Source: Octopus vulgaris
Taxonomy: Eukaryota
Direction: 5' to 3'
Assembly (NCBI GenBank): GCA_951406725.2
Contig: OX597825.1
Coordinates: 37,324,001-37,388,000, forward strand
Length of the DNA: 64,000 nt
Under the pieces are notes generated by a model that did not search any database, had not been told where the DNA came from, and saw nothing but the letters and a program-made list of their open reading frames with translations. This document shows, one piece after another, positions 13,534 through 28,872 of the stretch (the first letter of the stretch is position 1; each line of letters opens with the position of its first letter). A program made the translations under genes and the position numbers.

Positions 13534-13929
13534 GCATACATATATGCATGTATGTGTGCGTACGTTCATAATAAGTGTTTGATGGATGTATGTAAATGCT
13601 GATATATGTATATATTTTTAAGTAAATAGATATCCATTGTTCTTTGTGTGTTTGTGAGTGTTGATATATACGCACATACGTATATATCATGTACATCTGT
13701 ATATATGTATATATATATTTACTTAATGCGTGTGTAAGTAAATACATATCTATTTTTTCTTCACCGTATATATATGTATATATATATATATATATTCATT
13801 CAAACACATCTATATACTTTCTCTTTCAGCACAAAAATTCCAAAATTTCTAAAGGTTTCCTACAAGTGATTTATTCGTTCATTCATTCAATCATAAATTT
13901 TTGTTTCTCCATATACACACAAACATAGA

Positions 13930-14006
<77 letters not shown>

Positions 14007-14861
14007 ACATGCACACATACACTCATATGTGTGTGTATAAAATTCTTTTTGAAAGCGTCCATTTACCAAAATGTCAGCACTATATTATATTTTTGGTTAA
14101 ATCTCATAAATTTTATGTATTTATTTTTGAAAAATCTTCTAGCCTAAGAGACATTTGCTAACAATTTGCCGTTTCTCCTAGCTATTTTTACGTGGGTAAT
14201 GTCAAGACAGTTATTTTATTCTTTTCGATCAATACAAACAACGTGAATGTTTAACACAAGAACTATTAAGCACATTCCGCTGGAAATTGATGAAAAAACA
14301 AGAACAACCAGAACAACAAAAACAACAACAACAAAACCATTGCAAAACAAACTTGATTGAGCAAATTGATTGGTAATTATAATAACAATAGCAACAACAA
14401 CAACAACAACAACCACAGCAGCACCATCATGAACTATAGAAATTGCAAGAATAACAGAAACAGCTAAAACATTTTTTTAGTTTATATATAGACATATAAA
14501 AGTGAAAAAAATCATTCATACAATAAAAGGATTACAACAGAAAGGAGGAATAGTATTGGTGATTGCGAATATATATATATGTATATGTTGACACACGTAC
14601 GCACACGCGCACACACTTGAATACATACGCACATTCGTACACAAACATATATATGTGTGTGTGTGTGTGTGTGTGGAAGTGCATAAATATATACGTATAT
14701 AAAATTACACTCACGCACACACGCGCATAAATGCATATACACCGTAACCTATGAAATAAGTCAAAACTACTTAGTCGTTTTATGAAGAGTAAATATATCG
14801 AAGACCACAATTGATCAAATATCAAGGCATTTGCTCCCTACTTTAGATAAAAGTTATAAAA

Positions 14862-14995
14862 TTGGTTTCAAATTTTGGCATAAGGCCAATAAGTTCGGGG
14901 GAAGGGGTGAGTCCATTACACCGATTCCTATACTCAGCTTGTACTTAAAGATTAATGAAATCCCGCTAAGCATTTTGCCAGGTGTACTCAACCCT
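14862..14995 (-). mobile_element. SINE family A, internally deleted
   Basis: TTGGTTTCAAATTTTGGCATAAGGCC and CCGCTAAGCATTTTGCC match family A. Confidence 0.65.
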
Positions 14996-15199
14996 AATAT
15001 TAACCTGATATATAATATTTTATTCATCAATGAGGGAACTTGAACGAGAGTAGAATATTTCTCTGCTTTTCATTGCCTTCTTCGACCGATAGTTGAGGAA
15101 CATGGTAAGAATTGAAGTAGAGAAAAAAACGGCCCCCTTCCACATATATAAGGCGTACAACAGAATTTTATTTTATATATATAACCTTCTTAAATAAAG

Positions 15200-15370
15200 G
15201 AGCTGGGGGTGGCTGTGTGGTATAGGTAGCTGTGTGGTTGCTTACAAACTATGTGGTTCCAGGTTCAGTCCCACTGCATGGTAACTTGGGCATGTGTCTA
15301 CTACTGTAGTCTCGGGCCGACCAAGGCATTCTGAGTGGATTTGACAAATGGAGACCGAAGGAAACCCGTC

Positions 15371-15455
<85 letters not shown>

Positions 15456-15678
15456 TGTGTGTGTGTCTGTGTTTGTACCCCCGCCATCGCTTGACAACCG
15501 ATGCTGGTGTGTTTGTGACCCCGTTAACTAGCGGTTCGGCGGGTAGATCGATGAAATAAGTGCTGGGTTTACAAAACATATCTACTGGGGTCAATTTCCT
15601 CGACTGAGGCCGGTCAGGGCGGTGTTCCAGCATGACTGCAGTTAAAATGACTGGAACAAGTAAAAGAATAAAAGAATA
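15200..15678 (+). mobile_element. tRNA-derived CORE-type SINE family B with an internal (TA)n(TG)n
   Basis: GTGGCTGTGTGG A-box, GGTTCAGTCCC B-box, CORE-like ACTTGGGCATGTG; 3' part shared with the copies at 35936 and 46468. Confidence 0.85.
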
Positions 15679-16516
15679 GCTTTCCTAAAAATAGAGCTAC
15701 TGGCCTAAAGTCTGATCCTTTAAACAAACGTTAGAAATTATTTTGGAAGACAGTACATATCAAGATTCCATAGCTTATTGACGAGAGCACAATACCCATA
15801 CTACATATTTTTCGTACGGAAAGGAAAAATAAAAAAAAAATTTCAAGAGGTAGTAGCTTGCATTGTTCGTAAATTGAAGTGCAATATTTCGACCAGCTCC
15901 ACATGGGTGCAAAGGTTTTCTTGCATTTTCATGTAAAATACTTTATTTTATAGCAAAAAACGTTATTTTATAGCCAAACACAAGGAAATGTTTTATATTA
16001 TTTACGTTGTGCTAACTAGATTTTTATAGCGCGAATAGTTCTGCTTCCCATAACTCTTTCATCGCTTTTAGAGCAATTACTTTTAAGCAAGTAATATATT
16101 GCAAACATATTAGGTTTTCTCTAGTCAGAATCTACGTATTCCTAATCACAGTTTTGTATTGAACATGTTTTTCAACAATAAAATTAATAAATCATACGCA
16201 TGTTTAATTTTTTTTTATTTATTTAAAACACTTTTTTTGTGTAGAGCAGTAGTGTCGTTGTTTACATATTTCCAAAAGTATAAATGAATGGTACATTACG
16301 ACCCAAAAGACTAGAGCGAAAAAGGGACGTCCGTAATTCCGAGTAGAACAAATGTCACAAAGATCTTCGGTCGTAGAGCACAAGATTTTTAATTTTCTTG
16401 CAAATATTTTCATGATACGCAGATACCTAAACACACAACACACTTAGATGAACACCACCTCTATGCTGTCCTCTCATACTCAAACATGGACATGTGAGCA
16501 CGTTTCTATCTATCTT

Positions 16517-16738
16517 ATTTCTTTATTACCCACAAGGGCCTAAACATAGAGGGGACAAGACAGACAAAGGGATTAAGTCGATTATACCAACTTCAGTGCG
16601 TAACTGGTACTTATTTTATTAACTCCGAAAGGATGAAAGGCAAAGTCGACCTCGGCGGAATTTGAACTCAGAAGGTAACGGCAGACGAAATACTGCTAAG
16701 CATTTCGCCCGGTGTGCTAACGCTTCTGTCAGCTCGCT
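16517..16738 (-). mobile_element. SINE family A
   Basis: Close match to 1560-1788. Confidence 0.9.
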
Positions 16739-16820
<82 letters not shown>

Positions 16821-17052
16821 AGTCAGTCAGTCAGTCTGTCTGCCTGTCTTTTTGTCTGTTTGTATATCTATCTATCGCATGTGCGTGTGTGTGTGTGAGT
16901 GTATTTGCATATTTGCACATTTGTAATCCTAATTATATGTGTATTTGTGTGCAACACTAGATCTTTAGCTCCAGATTGATGTCGGTGACAAAGAATGGAA
17001 TGCAAAATCCACTCAGTATTTGCGACTGAACAGGCTAAGTATATATGCATAT

Positions 17053-17140
<88 letters not shown>

Positions 17141-17239
17141 ACACACACACATTAGCAATAATTATAAAGATAAAGATTATGAAGACTATTTTACAATGTT
17201 ATACTCCAAACTTTTTATGGTTGCAACGACCTACACGTG

Positions 17240-17395
17240 TTTCCACAGCATAGCGTATGAGCAGTTGCATATGAAACCGGGCATAATTTTCAGTACATTG
17301 AATTCAATTAATTGTTTATTGGTTAGAGTTCAGGGGGAAATGAGGGGAGATTGTTTTGAATCTGAAATCTGATCTGCCTATAAACGTGTGTGGTT
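17240..17395 (+). repeat. Left arm of a long inverted repeat (pairs with 19850-20040)
   Basis: GCAG.TGCATATGAAACC.GGCATAATTTTC and TGAGGGGAGATTGTTTTGAAT are shared in inverted orientation. Confidence 0.8.
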
Positions 17396-17409
17396 TCACA
17401 TCATTTGCT

Positions 17410-19410
17410 AGCAAAACTTATTCTCTGATCTAGGTCATAAGAGGTAATAAATTAGTTTAACCAAATTACCGGAAAAAGGCAAATGAAATTCATCCAACTA
17501 GATTATCCAGCTTCTATGCCTCTATCAACTCCATCCTCCTCAACAAAGCACTTATTGGCGCCATGAGAGACTCTAATCTATTTAGTAGATGTAGTACTAG
17601 CCGCCAGATAGCGTATTATAGAATTCGAAGGAAAATACTGGGTGAGAAAAGATAGGCCAGATATGTTCGATATGATCATCGGATAACGTGACTCCACCTA
17701 GGTAACTGACCTAGAAGGGATATATATCCTGCATTAGTAAAGAATTTCCAAAGAACTGAGAAGGTGCATCCAGGAATGACGCTCTATTCACTTTGCATAA
17801 CTCTTCCAAAGTTGAGATAGAAAGTTATAAGGAAAAACTTATTCAAGTGCTTCAAAGGCATAGCTTTATCCATTTGAACAGAGGAGGAACACACCACAGT
17901 CAACTTCTTAGATGTTACACTTGATTTAAGTACCGGCTTATTCAAACCATGCCACAAACCTAACGACAATCTTCGGTACATAAACTATAATAACAATCAC
18001 CCCAAGTGTATAACTCAGTCCACAACCAGAAACATTTCCAGCCACATATCTAGACTGTCGGTTACTGGGGAGATATTTGAACTGAACGAGAAATACTATC
18101 ACAAAGCGTCGGAGAAAGCAGAATACAAAGATAAATTAGTGTATAACCCAGTGAACCAAACCAAAACAGATAAGTATAAATTATTCTGTAAGATAACAAA
18201 TTACACCCATTAAAATAACCATGACAACCAGATAAACCCTCCCATAAGAGGAGAGAATTGGCAATAAGAAAAGGGAGGGATATATACACGGGATACAACC
18301 AAAAATAAGCAACTTGAACGGTAATAAAAAAAGATACAAACACGAGGAGATATTGGGTGGAACTACCTAGTAGAAATAACGGCAGAAGTGATAGTACACT
18401 GAACCTTAGAAGTAAAATAAACTGATCAAGGCGTACATATACATAAAACATCACTAAGAAATCCGATAGCAATAGCCTTAGATATGCGGACATCCACTAC
18501 GGAAGGAAGAAATGCCCTATCATTAACAACCACGTAATACATAATAATACCTAAAGTAATAGTAATTCCAGACTGCTCTATGGTACTATGCTGGATTCGA
18601 CAAAAAAATAATTTCCAACATTCCGAAGCAGTTTTACATCGCAATCGAGAAACACTTTCCTAAGTCTAGCGAATACCATAAAATACTGAATACGCAGAAT
18701 GTCCGTCTCGCTTTTTCTAATAATTGTAACCAAACGCGGATAATAGCAGCACCCAAGCGAAATGAATCCCTTACTTTCTAAGGACCGCTGAAAAGAGCAG
18801 ACGAGACAAGAAAAACGACCTATTAATGGGAAAAGTGATAATAGTAAACTGGGTGACAGAACAGGAATAGTTAATAACAGGAGACTCGAACACTAACACC
18901 AACAAAACAAACATTGTAGTGAGGGATGGTAATACAGTAAGGACCAGCAGTCGAGGGAAGACACCTTCAACGCAAGCCTCTACTCCCACTAGACAGAGTG
19001 CGGGAATCGCTAACGATAGCAACCCACAAATACCTATGGATAGAAAGTTAAGGAAAATGGTAGATCGATAGAAATGTGGACTGCAGAGACATATAGCAAG
19101 AACTACAAAACAATAGATAATAGGAACAGGGAATTAGTCTCTGTAATTGTGCTAGGAATCAAGTATGTCCCTTAAATTCTAGATAATTGACGACGAATCA
19201 AGTGTGTCGATGCAAAACCATTTCTGAGGGAAGGGCGTACTCCTGTTTAGGGGTCAGCTGATTAAATTTTAAAAATCAGCTAGGAAATCATTTAAATTCA
19301 TTTGAGGTAGAAAAAAAATGAACAGCACGCGCTTAAGCAGACTAATCTGGTCCCTTAAATATAAGAACCATAAGCTTTACCACAGATTAGGAAATAGTGC
19401 AGCTAAACAG
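17410..19410 (+). mobile_element. Decayed Penelope-like element (RT to GIY-YIG)
   Basis: KFIQLD..SFYASIN, WVRKDRPDMFDMIIG, TVNFLDVTLDLSTGLFKPCHKPND..YINYNNNHP, IEKHFPKSSEYHKILN, CNCARNQVCPLN, NSTRLSRLIWSLK. Confidence 0.85.
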
Positions 19411-19445
19411 TATGGAAGAGGGGGAATAGATGTGAGATATACACA

Positions 19446-19718
19446 CCACCATCGGTTGTCAAGCGATGGTGGGGTTACAAACACTGACACAAAGCCACAC
19501 ACACACACACCCACATAAATATAGAAACATATATATATATATATACAAATACACACGACAAGCGTCTTTTAGTTTCAGTCTACCAGATCCACTCACAAGG
19601 CTTTGGTCGACCCGAGGCTATTGTAGAAGACACTTACCCAAGCTGCCATGCAGTGGGCGTGAACTTAGAACCACGTGATTGGGAGGCAAGCTTCTTACCA
19701 CACAGCCACACCTGCGCC
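19446..19718 (-). mobile_element. SINE family B
   Basis: Reverse complement begins GGCGCAGGTGTGGCTGTGTGGTAAGAAGCTTGC. Confidence 0.85.
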
Positions 19719-19849
19719 TATATTTGAACGTAAGCTTATTAAGTACCCATCTGCTACAATACACAAACAAGCCTGACAATCAGTAACATAAACTTTGGTC
19801 TAACTAGATAGAATTCTGACTTCAGACAGTGACTGGTGGGAAACCGAGG

Positions 19850-20040
19850 TCAGCTACACAAGTTTACAGATTTTCAAATTCAAAACAATCTCCCCTCACT
19901 TCCTCCTGAACCGTAAACTATGAACAACTAACTGAATTCAGTTCGCTTCTAGCCAAGCTGGTTGAAAGACCGTGAACGAAGCTACACAGAAAATTATGCC
20001 AGGTTTCATATGCAGCTGCCCGTACTCTGTGTAATGGAAA
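19850..20040 (-). repeat. Right arm of a long inverted repeat (pairs with 17240-17395)
   Basis: See left arm; carries about 35 extra nt. Confidence 0.8.
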
Positions 20041-20099
20041 GTAACAACAAAGTATATGCAAACACACACACACACACACACACACATAGACGCACATGT

Positions 20100-20130
<31 letters not shown>

Positions 20131-20470
20131 AATGCACATGTACACACACACATAAATACACAATCACACACACGCTCTCCCTTACATATTTTAACTACTA
20201 TTTAGATTGAAACCAACTTGATTTAGATTGAAATCAAATTGGAGTAGTGAGATAAGAATTATGTTTATGTTCGCGCATGACAGACCCCGTGTGCGTTAAT
20301 CAGAAAACGTTGAACATTTGGCAATTAGACGAAAATATGTGTCGCAAATGTAGCATGTGAGGCACATATTCGCCAAGCATTTATCAGTTTGTGTGAACAT
20401 TTTCGTCGCACCAAATAATAAATGCTTAAGTAGAACTAAGTCTTTGTGTGCTTTTGAATGGTTAATATGT

Positions 20471-20750
20471 GAGGCACGTGGCTTAGTGGTTAGGGAATTC
20501 GGCTCGTGAACGTAAGGCAATAAGTTCAATTCCCGGTGACGCTTTGTGTCCTTGAGTAAGACACTTTATTTCACGTTGTTCGGTCCACTCAGCTGGCAAA
20601 AAGGAGTAGTACCTGTATTTCAAAGGGTCGCTGAATCTCCCTGAGTACTGCAAATGTCTGTCGAATGAAGTTGCACGTTAGTGTGACGAACAGGCTGTTT
20701 CGTTGATCGGATCAACTGGAACCCTCGTTGTTGTAACCAACAGAGTGCCG
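20471..20750 (+). mobile_element. tRNA-derived SINE family C
   Basis: GTGGCTTAGTGGTTAG A-box, AGTTCAATTCCC B-box, TGTGTCCTTGAGTAAGACACTT central motif. Confidence 0.75.
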
Positions 20751-22330
20751 GTATCAGTGTCAGTGCCAGTTATATGTCTTTCATGCTGCAGATGTTTTCG
20801 TTTCATCATGCTGTTCTAGATCAAATCCCTTGCAAGACAAGTAGATGACAAATACTTGTGAGTTTTCGACATAGTCGATTGTGACTAGAACTGAACCTTA
20901 TATTCCGTAATTACTTCGTATTCATGTAGGCAGTGATACAAGAACGCATCTATATCTTAAGCTATTTAATCTAGAACACTTTTGTTTAATCTGCGATTAC
21001 ATTAAAGTTATGATTACAATTGAAAATCACCGCCAAAGTATATGGAAACTTCAATAGAATAAGATAGTCGTTAAGTTCGGAAACTTAGAGAAATTGATAC
21101 GCCCAAGCCATAATATATCTTTACATTTTCTCATCTACATAGACATACGTTAACCCGCAAGCAGACATTGGCTTTTACGTAGAGGCTGGCATATATTATT
21201 CAAGAATGAGTGGTGGTATTGAGGAAGAAGTAAAGAAGAAATGAATCAATTTTGCAAATCATCTGCAGTGAAAAAACAGTTTTGTGTATTTATAATGATG
21301 AATAATAATGATGATAATGATGATGATGATAATAATCACGATAATTACTATGATACTATAACGACAACAATACAACAACAACACGGCAACAACAACAGGA
21401 CAACAACTACAACATAAGCAAAATGATAATTTAGCATTAGCGTTTGGCTACAGAATTTAAGAATCGTATCTGAAATGTAAAGCAATGTAAATAAATTCTG
21501 CAACGGATTTTGTCTGAACTACTGTAACATATGCAACCGACATACCAAAGCCAGAATTTTAGTGTGCTAGAGAAACAGTGAACTGTATTGAACACATTTT
21601 TCGGCTAGTATTGATAGGATAAAAGGTAACGGCTATCCGGCGATCTTGAATGTAGAATGTATAAAATGTAACTATCGATTTTATTCAATAACTCTCAGCC
21701 AGAAATTTTGTAATTTGGAAGCAGTAATAATTTTAGCAGTATAATATACATAATTTTTGTTGACTACGCGAGAAAAAAATCTACCAGATACGAGTAATAT
21801 TTGAACTCATGTGATTTAAAACATGCGGCTGAATACGCAAGGCAAAGTAATACTCATTCTATCGTGTTTAACAGATATTGAGCTAAATAACATAAATATA
21901 ATTTCCATCATAAGAAAAGGAGCTAACATTCAAAGAGCAAGATTTTAAGTATATGAACAACAACGGTTCACTGACGCTTTTATTATCGACCAGACTGCAA
22001 TGAAAGATGACAAGACTTAATACTTTTGAATCGCGAGGACGCTTTAGCAGGTGTTATTTCGCTTGACTGTACCTCTGGAAAACGCAAAAACGGGTGGGTG
22101 ATAGGGTTTTGTGTTTATGGTTCACTAACGGGCGGGCAGATAGTTATTTTCAGTCGTAAACATCATGTGGAGACTTGCTTTTGCGTCTTCCCGATGGCAG
22201 AGTCAAACAAATGTAAACACACTAAACCATACTCGTGCATTCAAAAAGTTAAAAGAAATTATTTGGATTCTACCAGTTTCTAGATGTATATTATATTTTG
22301 CGATTAATCTATCGATATATTTTTAGATGA

Positions 22331-22367
<37 letters not shown>

Positions 22368-22628
22368 ACGCACAAACATATATTCTACTGGCACTATTTT
22401 GGGAAACTAAAGAAATATCTTCTAGACCTTTTTGTTTTGCTCAAATATCTTTTCTCTGAAGCTGCTGCTAATTACCATAGCCGAACGTATAATTATCAAG
22501 ACAATGAGTGGGCTTAATAACGAAGTTTCTAGTTCATATTAATGAAATTCGTTAGGAGAACGATGAAAATTTTGTTTACGCGAATATAGCAGACCGGAAT
22601 CCAGCAATCTCAATATATATTTCATATT

Positions 22629-22660
<32 letters not shown>

Positions 22661-22805
22661 TGTATGTATGTGTATACATACACATGCACACACACACACA
22701 CATATATATTAACTTACAGAAAATCACTCATAAATAAACATACATATACATATATATGTATGCATATATATATATACATATATATACATACACATATATA
22801 TATAC

Positions 22806-22877
<72 letters not shown>

Positions 22878-24886
22878 ATATGTATCTGAATGATCCACTA
22901 GAGGGATGTAAGTGCTAATATATGATTTATAAAAACATATGACATATTAATAAAAATCTGTAAATATAAAACCATCCAGATTTCTGAGTACCTTATTTCT
23001 TCTATCATATAATACTTGTACATCATCTCCAAACCTTCTAATATATATATATATATGTATGTATACATTTGGAGATGATGTCTTTAAAAAAGTTAGGAAT
23101 ATCCCAAAGAGTCGTAACCACAGACCTTCATGAGCTAACTCTATACTTATCATTGTGTGATCTTAATTTACATATGAGGGTAAAAGGCTTAGTTAAGCAA
23201 CAGTTGGTAAACAGATGATATGTTTGCTCGTTACGTTTCTATGTGATGTTTAGGTGTTACAATACAGAATATGTTATTAAAAACTAACGATGTTAATTTG
23301 AAAGTGGCAGCCATGCCTTTTGCACTTAATTGCACTCCATATAGTTTAGCATACGACTTTCTTGCTGTCAGACTATAAAATATAGGTTAGAGCAATTACT
23401 TAATTTAATTTGATAATAGACAAAGTAAAGTTCCTGATTGAACAAATGATAAGATAAGAATAAACGATTAGATTACTAATTAAAATTTTTAATTGTAGCC
23501 ATCTATATATAACGATATTTTCAAGAAATTTGGAGCTATTTTAAATGTAAATTAAATTTTAAATTGAAATAGGAGAACAATGGCAAATAAATGGAATTGG
23601 AATATACTTGAATGAATGGAGATTGCGATGTAGTCTACGTATTTAAATTTTTCAGTAATATTTAACGTATCTAAGTATAGTTTAACGTACATTGCAGAGA
23701 CACAAATGAAAATTTCCTGAGTTATGAGTGTCTTACTGTTTATTTGATGCTACGATTACTCTCCCCGAGCTGTTCATTTGGTGAGTTGTTGTTATTACCG
23801 TAAACGTTTCCATCTTTCATCGCTTTTACCGTTATGCTCTTTAGTTGATATACACTGTCCGTTTTCTTCCACAGATCATTACTTCCCCTCGTGTATTGAA
23901 TCTTCCGTCGGCTTACTTACTTTCGTTTCTGATACTATCATTGCTTTGTCAATAGTTGCCTTACTAAACGGATGATATAATTGTATCACGCAAGAAAGCC
24001 ATAGAGCATAGCGTTTTGGGAGGCCTCAGCTTTGGAATTAGATATGGTGTACGTATTTCATAAGTTGCTTTTATAGTTCTTCTTTTGTTATATATTCAGT
24101 AGTCATTCTTTATATGCTTTAATTTTAAATTTTCGTTTTGACTAACGTAACGGTTCAATTTGGGAATTCCAAACCAACATGATTTTTAACATACTTGAAA
24201 CCATCGCCTGGTGAGATACAAACCTTACATGTTGAAACTACGAAGATAATTACTGATGTAGCTGACGAAGAGAAACTAATTGTTTATATAGCGCGTGCTT
24301 TTCATCTGTCATTTTTGTCTACTTAAATACTTTGCTACTTCTTTAACTTTAGCCATTGATTCTTGCAGGTGTTTCTTAGAATTTTATTAGGGTAATATTT
24401 ATGGTGAGTAGAAGATTTATGTGAAAGTTGTTTTGCTAAGAGTTTGTCAGGTTAAAAGCAGACATGAAGCATACATATGCGTATTTGTAAATATATTATA
24501 TTCATATACATATACGTCTAGGTTGTGTATGTATCTTTGAATGTATATGTATGTTTGTTTTGTATGTATATATATATATATATATATATCTGTATATACC
24601 CAAACTCTAATCATGCAAGGGTATGTGCATGTGTGTGAAAACGCAATATTTTATATGTAGCACAAAAAACACAGCATTCCTTCCCGGTCAAATTTCACCA
24701 ATGATAAAAATATACCAAAAAAATATTACATAGTTCTCTAAATGGATGCATACATATGATAGAAAGCAATAGCATTAGTACGGGGGCATTTTTCTGGAGG
24801 GTTTGTGTTGTACCATGGGTCATGCAGTGATGAATCTAGAATGGATCAATGAAAAATAACAGAGATAGACATAAATAGAGATACAG

Positions 24887-24932
<46 letters not shown>

Positions 24933-25569
24933 CGAGAGCGAGAGTGAGAGACAGAGAGATAGAGAGAGAGAGAGGGACTACGAAAACAGGAACCACTTAC
25001 GATTATTATCACCCCTGTAAGCCTGCTCAGAGCCGGCTTTGTGTTCTTCTGCAATGAAAATTTCAAATATGTTACTGTTAATTCACCATCGCACTCACAC
25101 ACACGTTCTCTTCTTAATTTTATATGTATTTAAATCATTCTGTTTTAATACATAAATTTACGTTCTGATCTTGAACCTCATTATAATGATGTCATATTTT
25201 CTAAAGACTTTTTGATCAGTGCATAGACATACATATATAAATACACGCACATGTAAATATAGTCACACGGCCATCCAATACGCAGGCGCGTATACCTACG
25301 TCCACACATATCTTCTCTACCTGTTCATAAAAAATTAAGAAAAGGCGCAAAAGTAAGATATTTGCAGAAATTTTTGATTGTTTTTTTCTATTCGTGCTTT
25401 ATTTTCGCCATCAGAAATTAAGAAAATACATTAATTTCAATTTTAATCATATCTTTATGCATTACTATAGATAATAAAATCTCTCCTTATATATTTTATG
25501 CATCTACAGAGATGCTTTTCCCCTTCTGAATACACGCACACAGATACACACAAGCACATATAAATAAAC

Positions 25570-25642
<73 letters not shown>

Positions 25643-26090
25643 CATACACACGTATATACACAAACACACACACTTACAAATACACACACATATATATATA
25701 TATATCCATCCATCCGTCTGTCCGTTTGTCTGTCTATCTATCTCTCTATTTAACAACGAAGGAAGTTGTAAATTTTATTAGTGTTATTCATTCTTTGTTA
25801 TACATGTTTAATTTGCTAATAGATATTACAGAGTTTTAGATGCTATTAGGACATGTAAGGAATTTCCTATAAAATTTAGAGAATTAAATAATACAAATTT
25901 TACATTTGGATGAGGCGTTTATATTTAATTAGTAATCAGGAGAAGTATAGATAGCTGGAGTGAAAAAAAAAATAGCAGATCAAATATTACAGAAAAAAGA
26001 TAGATAGATAGATAGATAGATAAAGAGAGAGAGAGAGAGCGAGTGAGAGAGAGAGAGAGTAACAGAGACAAAGTAAGAGAGAGAGAGAGA

Positions 26091-26142
<52 letters not shown>

Positions 26143-26384
26143 GAGAGAGGGAGAGAGAGAGAGAGAGAAAGACAGCAAATACATAATGAATTATAGTAAT
26201 GGAATAAACAGATGTGCCTCAAGAAGTAACAAAAAGGATTTTACCCTACCTACTTACATAATATGTATATATATATTTATGTATACTACACACGCACAGA
26301 TACATGCACACAGATATATGCAATATTGTTGCATAGGTTCCCGGTGACTATAGCAATGATATTAGTAAATTCAATTAAAATTGA

Positions 26385-27285
26385 ATACATCATGAAAAGT
26401 TCCTAAAGTTGGTGTACAGGCTGTCAGACATCCAAAACTGATGAGATGGTCCCATTTATAAAAGCAAAGTGCAAAGATGGTCGAAGAATCTTAAAGGAAT
26501 GGAAAGACATACTACGCTGCATTGAAGAGAAACCATGCATTAAAGAAAATCAATTGTGACTTCTGACAATAATCACTAGCACGTGCATGAATTGTTTTGC
26601 GTAGGTAGAAGAGTGTGCTAACTGTATAAAGGGACAGTGGTCACACGGCTTTACGCAAAATGGCAGAAGAACTTGTGCATCGGAATATTTCTGAAGTGGA
26701 TACCTTGGTAGCTGACATCTGGTTTGATGAAAAGAAACTCTACTTTGATCTGCTGAGAGCATTTAAAGCCAATGAAAACAAATTTTTCGGATCAGGTGAT
26801 GGAAGATGAAACGTAAATATATCTTGTTGATCTAGAAAAGAAGGCTCCGTTCATGAAATGGAGCTACTCCTTTTCTCCAAAACCTAACAGGTTCAAGAGC
26901 CAGTGATGAGCACAGTAAGTTGTGGTAACTGTCTTTTGAGATAATAAAGGTACTATTCTCTTGATTTTTATAGATATTGGCTATATTTTCAATAGCGAAC
27001 GGTACACCGAGAAAGTGAATGAGTTTAGAGGAACTACTTTCTGGAGGAGATTCACAATACACACCTTCAGCAACAAATAAAGCTGCCCTATCTGCATCGT
27101 GGATCTAGTATACTTCGACTTCACTTTGGTCGTCCAATTAAGACCGGTCTTCGAGGACAATGATTTAATGTCAAATACGAAGTGAAAGTGGATTTGAAAC
27201 AGTGGATACAAATGTGAACATCTAGATATTTTACAAGAGGATTCGTGAATTGGGTCCTACTTTAGGCTCAGTATATCTGTCGTAA
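26385..27285 (+). mobile_element. Decayed mariner-type transposon
   Basis: GAAGATGAAACG resembles (T)GDETW; CCCTAT..GTGGATCTAGTATACTTCGACTTCACTTT resembles PYSPDLAPSDFHLF; AAAAGTTCC end motif. Confidence 0.6.
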
Positions 27286-27471
27286 ACATAATGGAAAGGT
27301 CTGATTTAGGCAGATATAATATTCGAATAGCATACATATATACAAAAATACACACACATACACATATAAGTATTCATATATGAATGCATATACATATATA
27401 TTTGTATACATACATACGCACATAAATAAATATGTAGCTATGTATGTAAGTATATATGTATCTATCTATCA

Positions 27472-27529
<58 letters not shown>

Positions 27530-28089
27530 TTATGTATGTATGTATGTATCTATCTATCTATCTATAAAACACTACATTCAAATCTTACATTTAAATTGTA
27601 CTTGAGCAACAATAACAACAGCTGCAAATACCCCTCTACTTCCTCCCATCCTCATCATTATATTTATCATCAATGCAACCATCGTTCCTTTCAGTCATGA
27701 TACAACAATAATTCTTGCAGCGTCTAGACAGAGCCAAGTTGAAAACAGCATTACACACCAGCTGACGCAGCAGAATTTACACAATACACCTGAGATTGCT
27801 CATCGTATGATATTTGTTGCGTATAGCAACAAAAGTAGAGACATGTCAGACGTTTATAGAGCCAAAAGCACAGTACATGCAACAATTTACCCATTATTTT
27901 TAATAGCGTAATCAGAGTGGGAAGAAAGGAAGCTAGAATTGTTGTAACTTACTTTGCTGCAGGTGGGCGGAAGATAATTTAATCTTAGAGCCTGCCCGGA
28001 AAGGTTGTAACAGTGTGCAATCCATTAAGGTCACGTAATGGCCAGCTGGCGGTGTTATGTTAGACAACGTATAGATGCTAATTTCCACG

Positions 28090-28245
28090 CGCTTCCACAT
28101 AGCTGTATCTACAAAATTCCGCTTAGAAGGCTGTCATCGACTCGAGGGTCAACCTGACGACATTTGTTCAAAGTCTCGCGTTGTGAGATTGAACATGGAA
28201 CGACGTCGCTATGAAATGAGTTGCTTAGTCACCGGGCCATGCTAG
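28090..28245 (-). mobile_element. Diverged SINE family B fragment
   Basis: Weak similarity to the family B head and CORE region. Confidence 0.4.
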
Positions 28246-28830
28246 TTGAGAGAGCTGTGGTGTAGACAAAGAGTTATGAGGTACTAAACGCTTGTCTCAT
28301 TACGGCTGACATTTCTCAAATAACTGATTGAATTACAGTAAAATATTAATTCAGTTTCTTCAGTGGTGATCAAAAGTTCAGTGTTGTCTAGATTCATCTA
28401 AGGCCTCAGATAAAATTATTACAGTTGTCCATAAAGATTTGCGTTCTGGAGTTACAGAAGGCAGAATGATGGAATCTAGATTCGGCACATTTTATAGTCA
28501 GTAGGGAGATGCTATTTTCCTTTACGTCAATCCAAAATCCATGAAATATATCAATCATAGAATGATGTCTATCAAATCGTCTACAGTAACAAAAGCCAAT
28601 ACCCGGATAGAAATCGTAGTTATTAATATAAGGTTTATTTAGAAGAATATTTACGCTTTAATCTTATAAGCACTTAATTTCCTTCAATATTTCCCTGCTT
28701 TAAAAGTGTATGTAAGCAAATATATATTGATAGAAAGCTAGACACATATCTGCCTGTCTGTCTATGTATGTATGTATGTTTGTATGTATGTATGTATGTA
28801 TGTATGTATGTATCTATATATATGTACGTG

Positions 28831-28872
<42 letters not shown>

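Noticed and set aside
24204-24280. CTGGTGA...GAAAC and CTGACGAAGAGAAAC motifs
   Set aside because: Too degenerate to fold; may be an old PLE tail but unsupported
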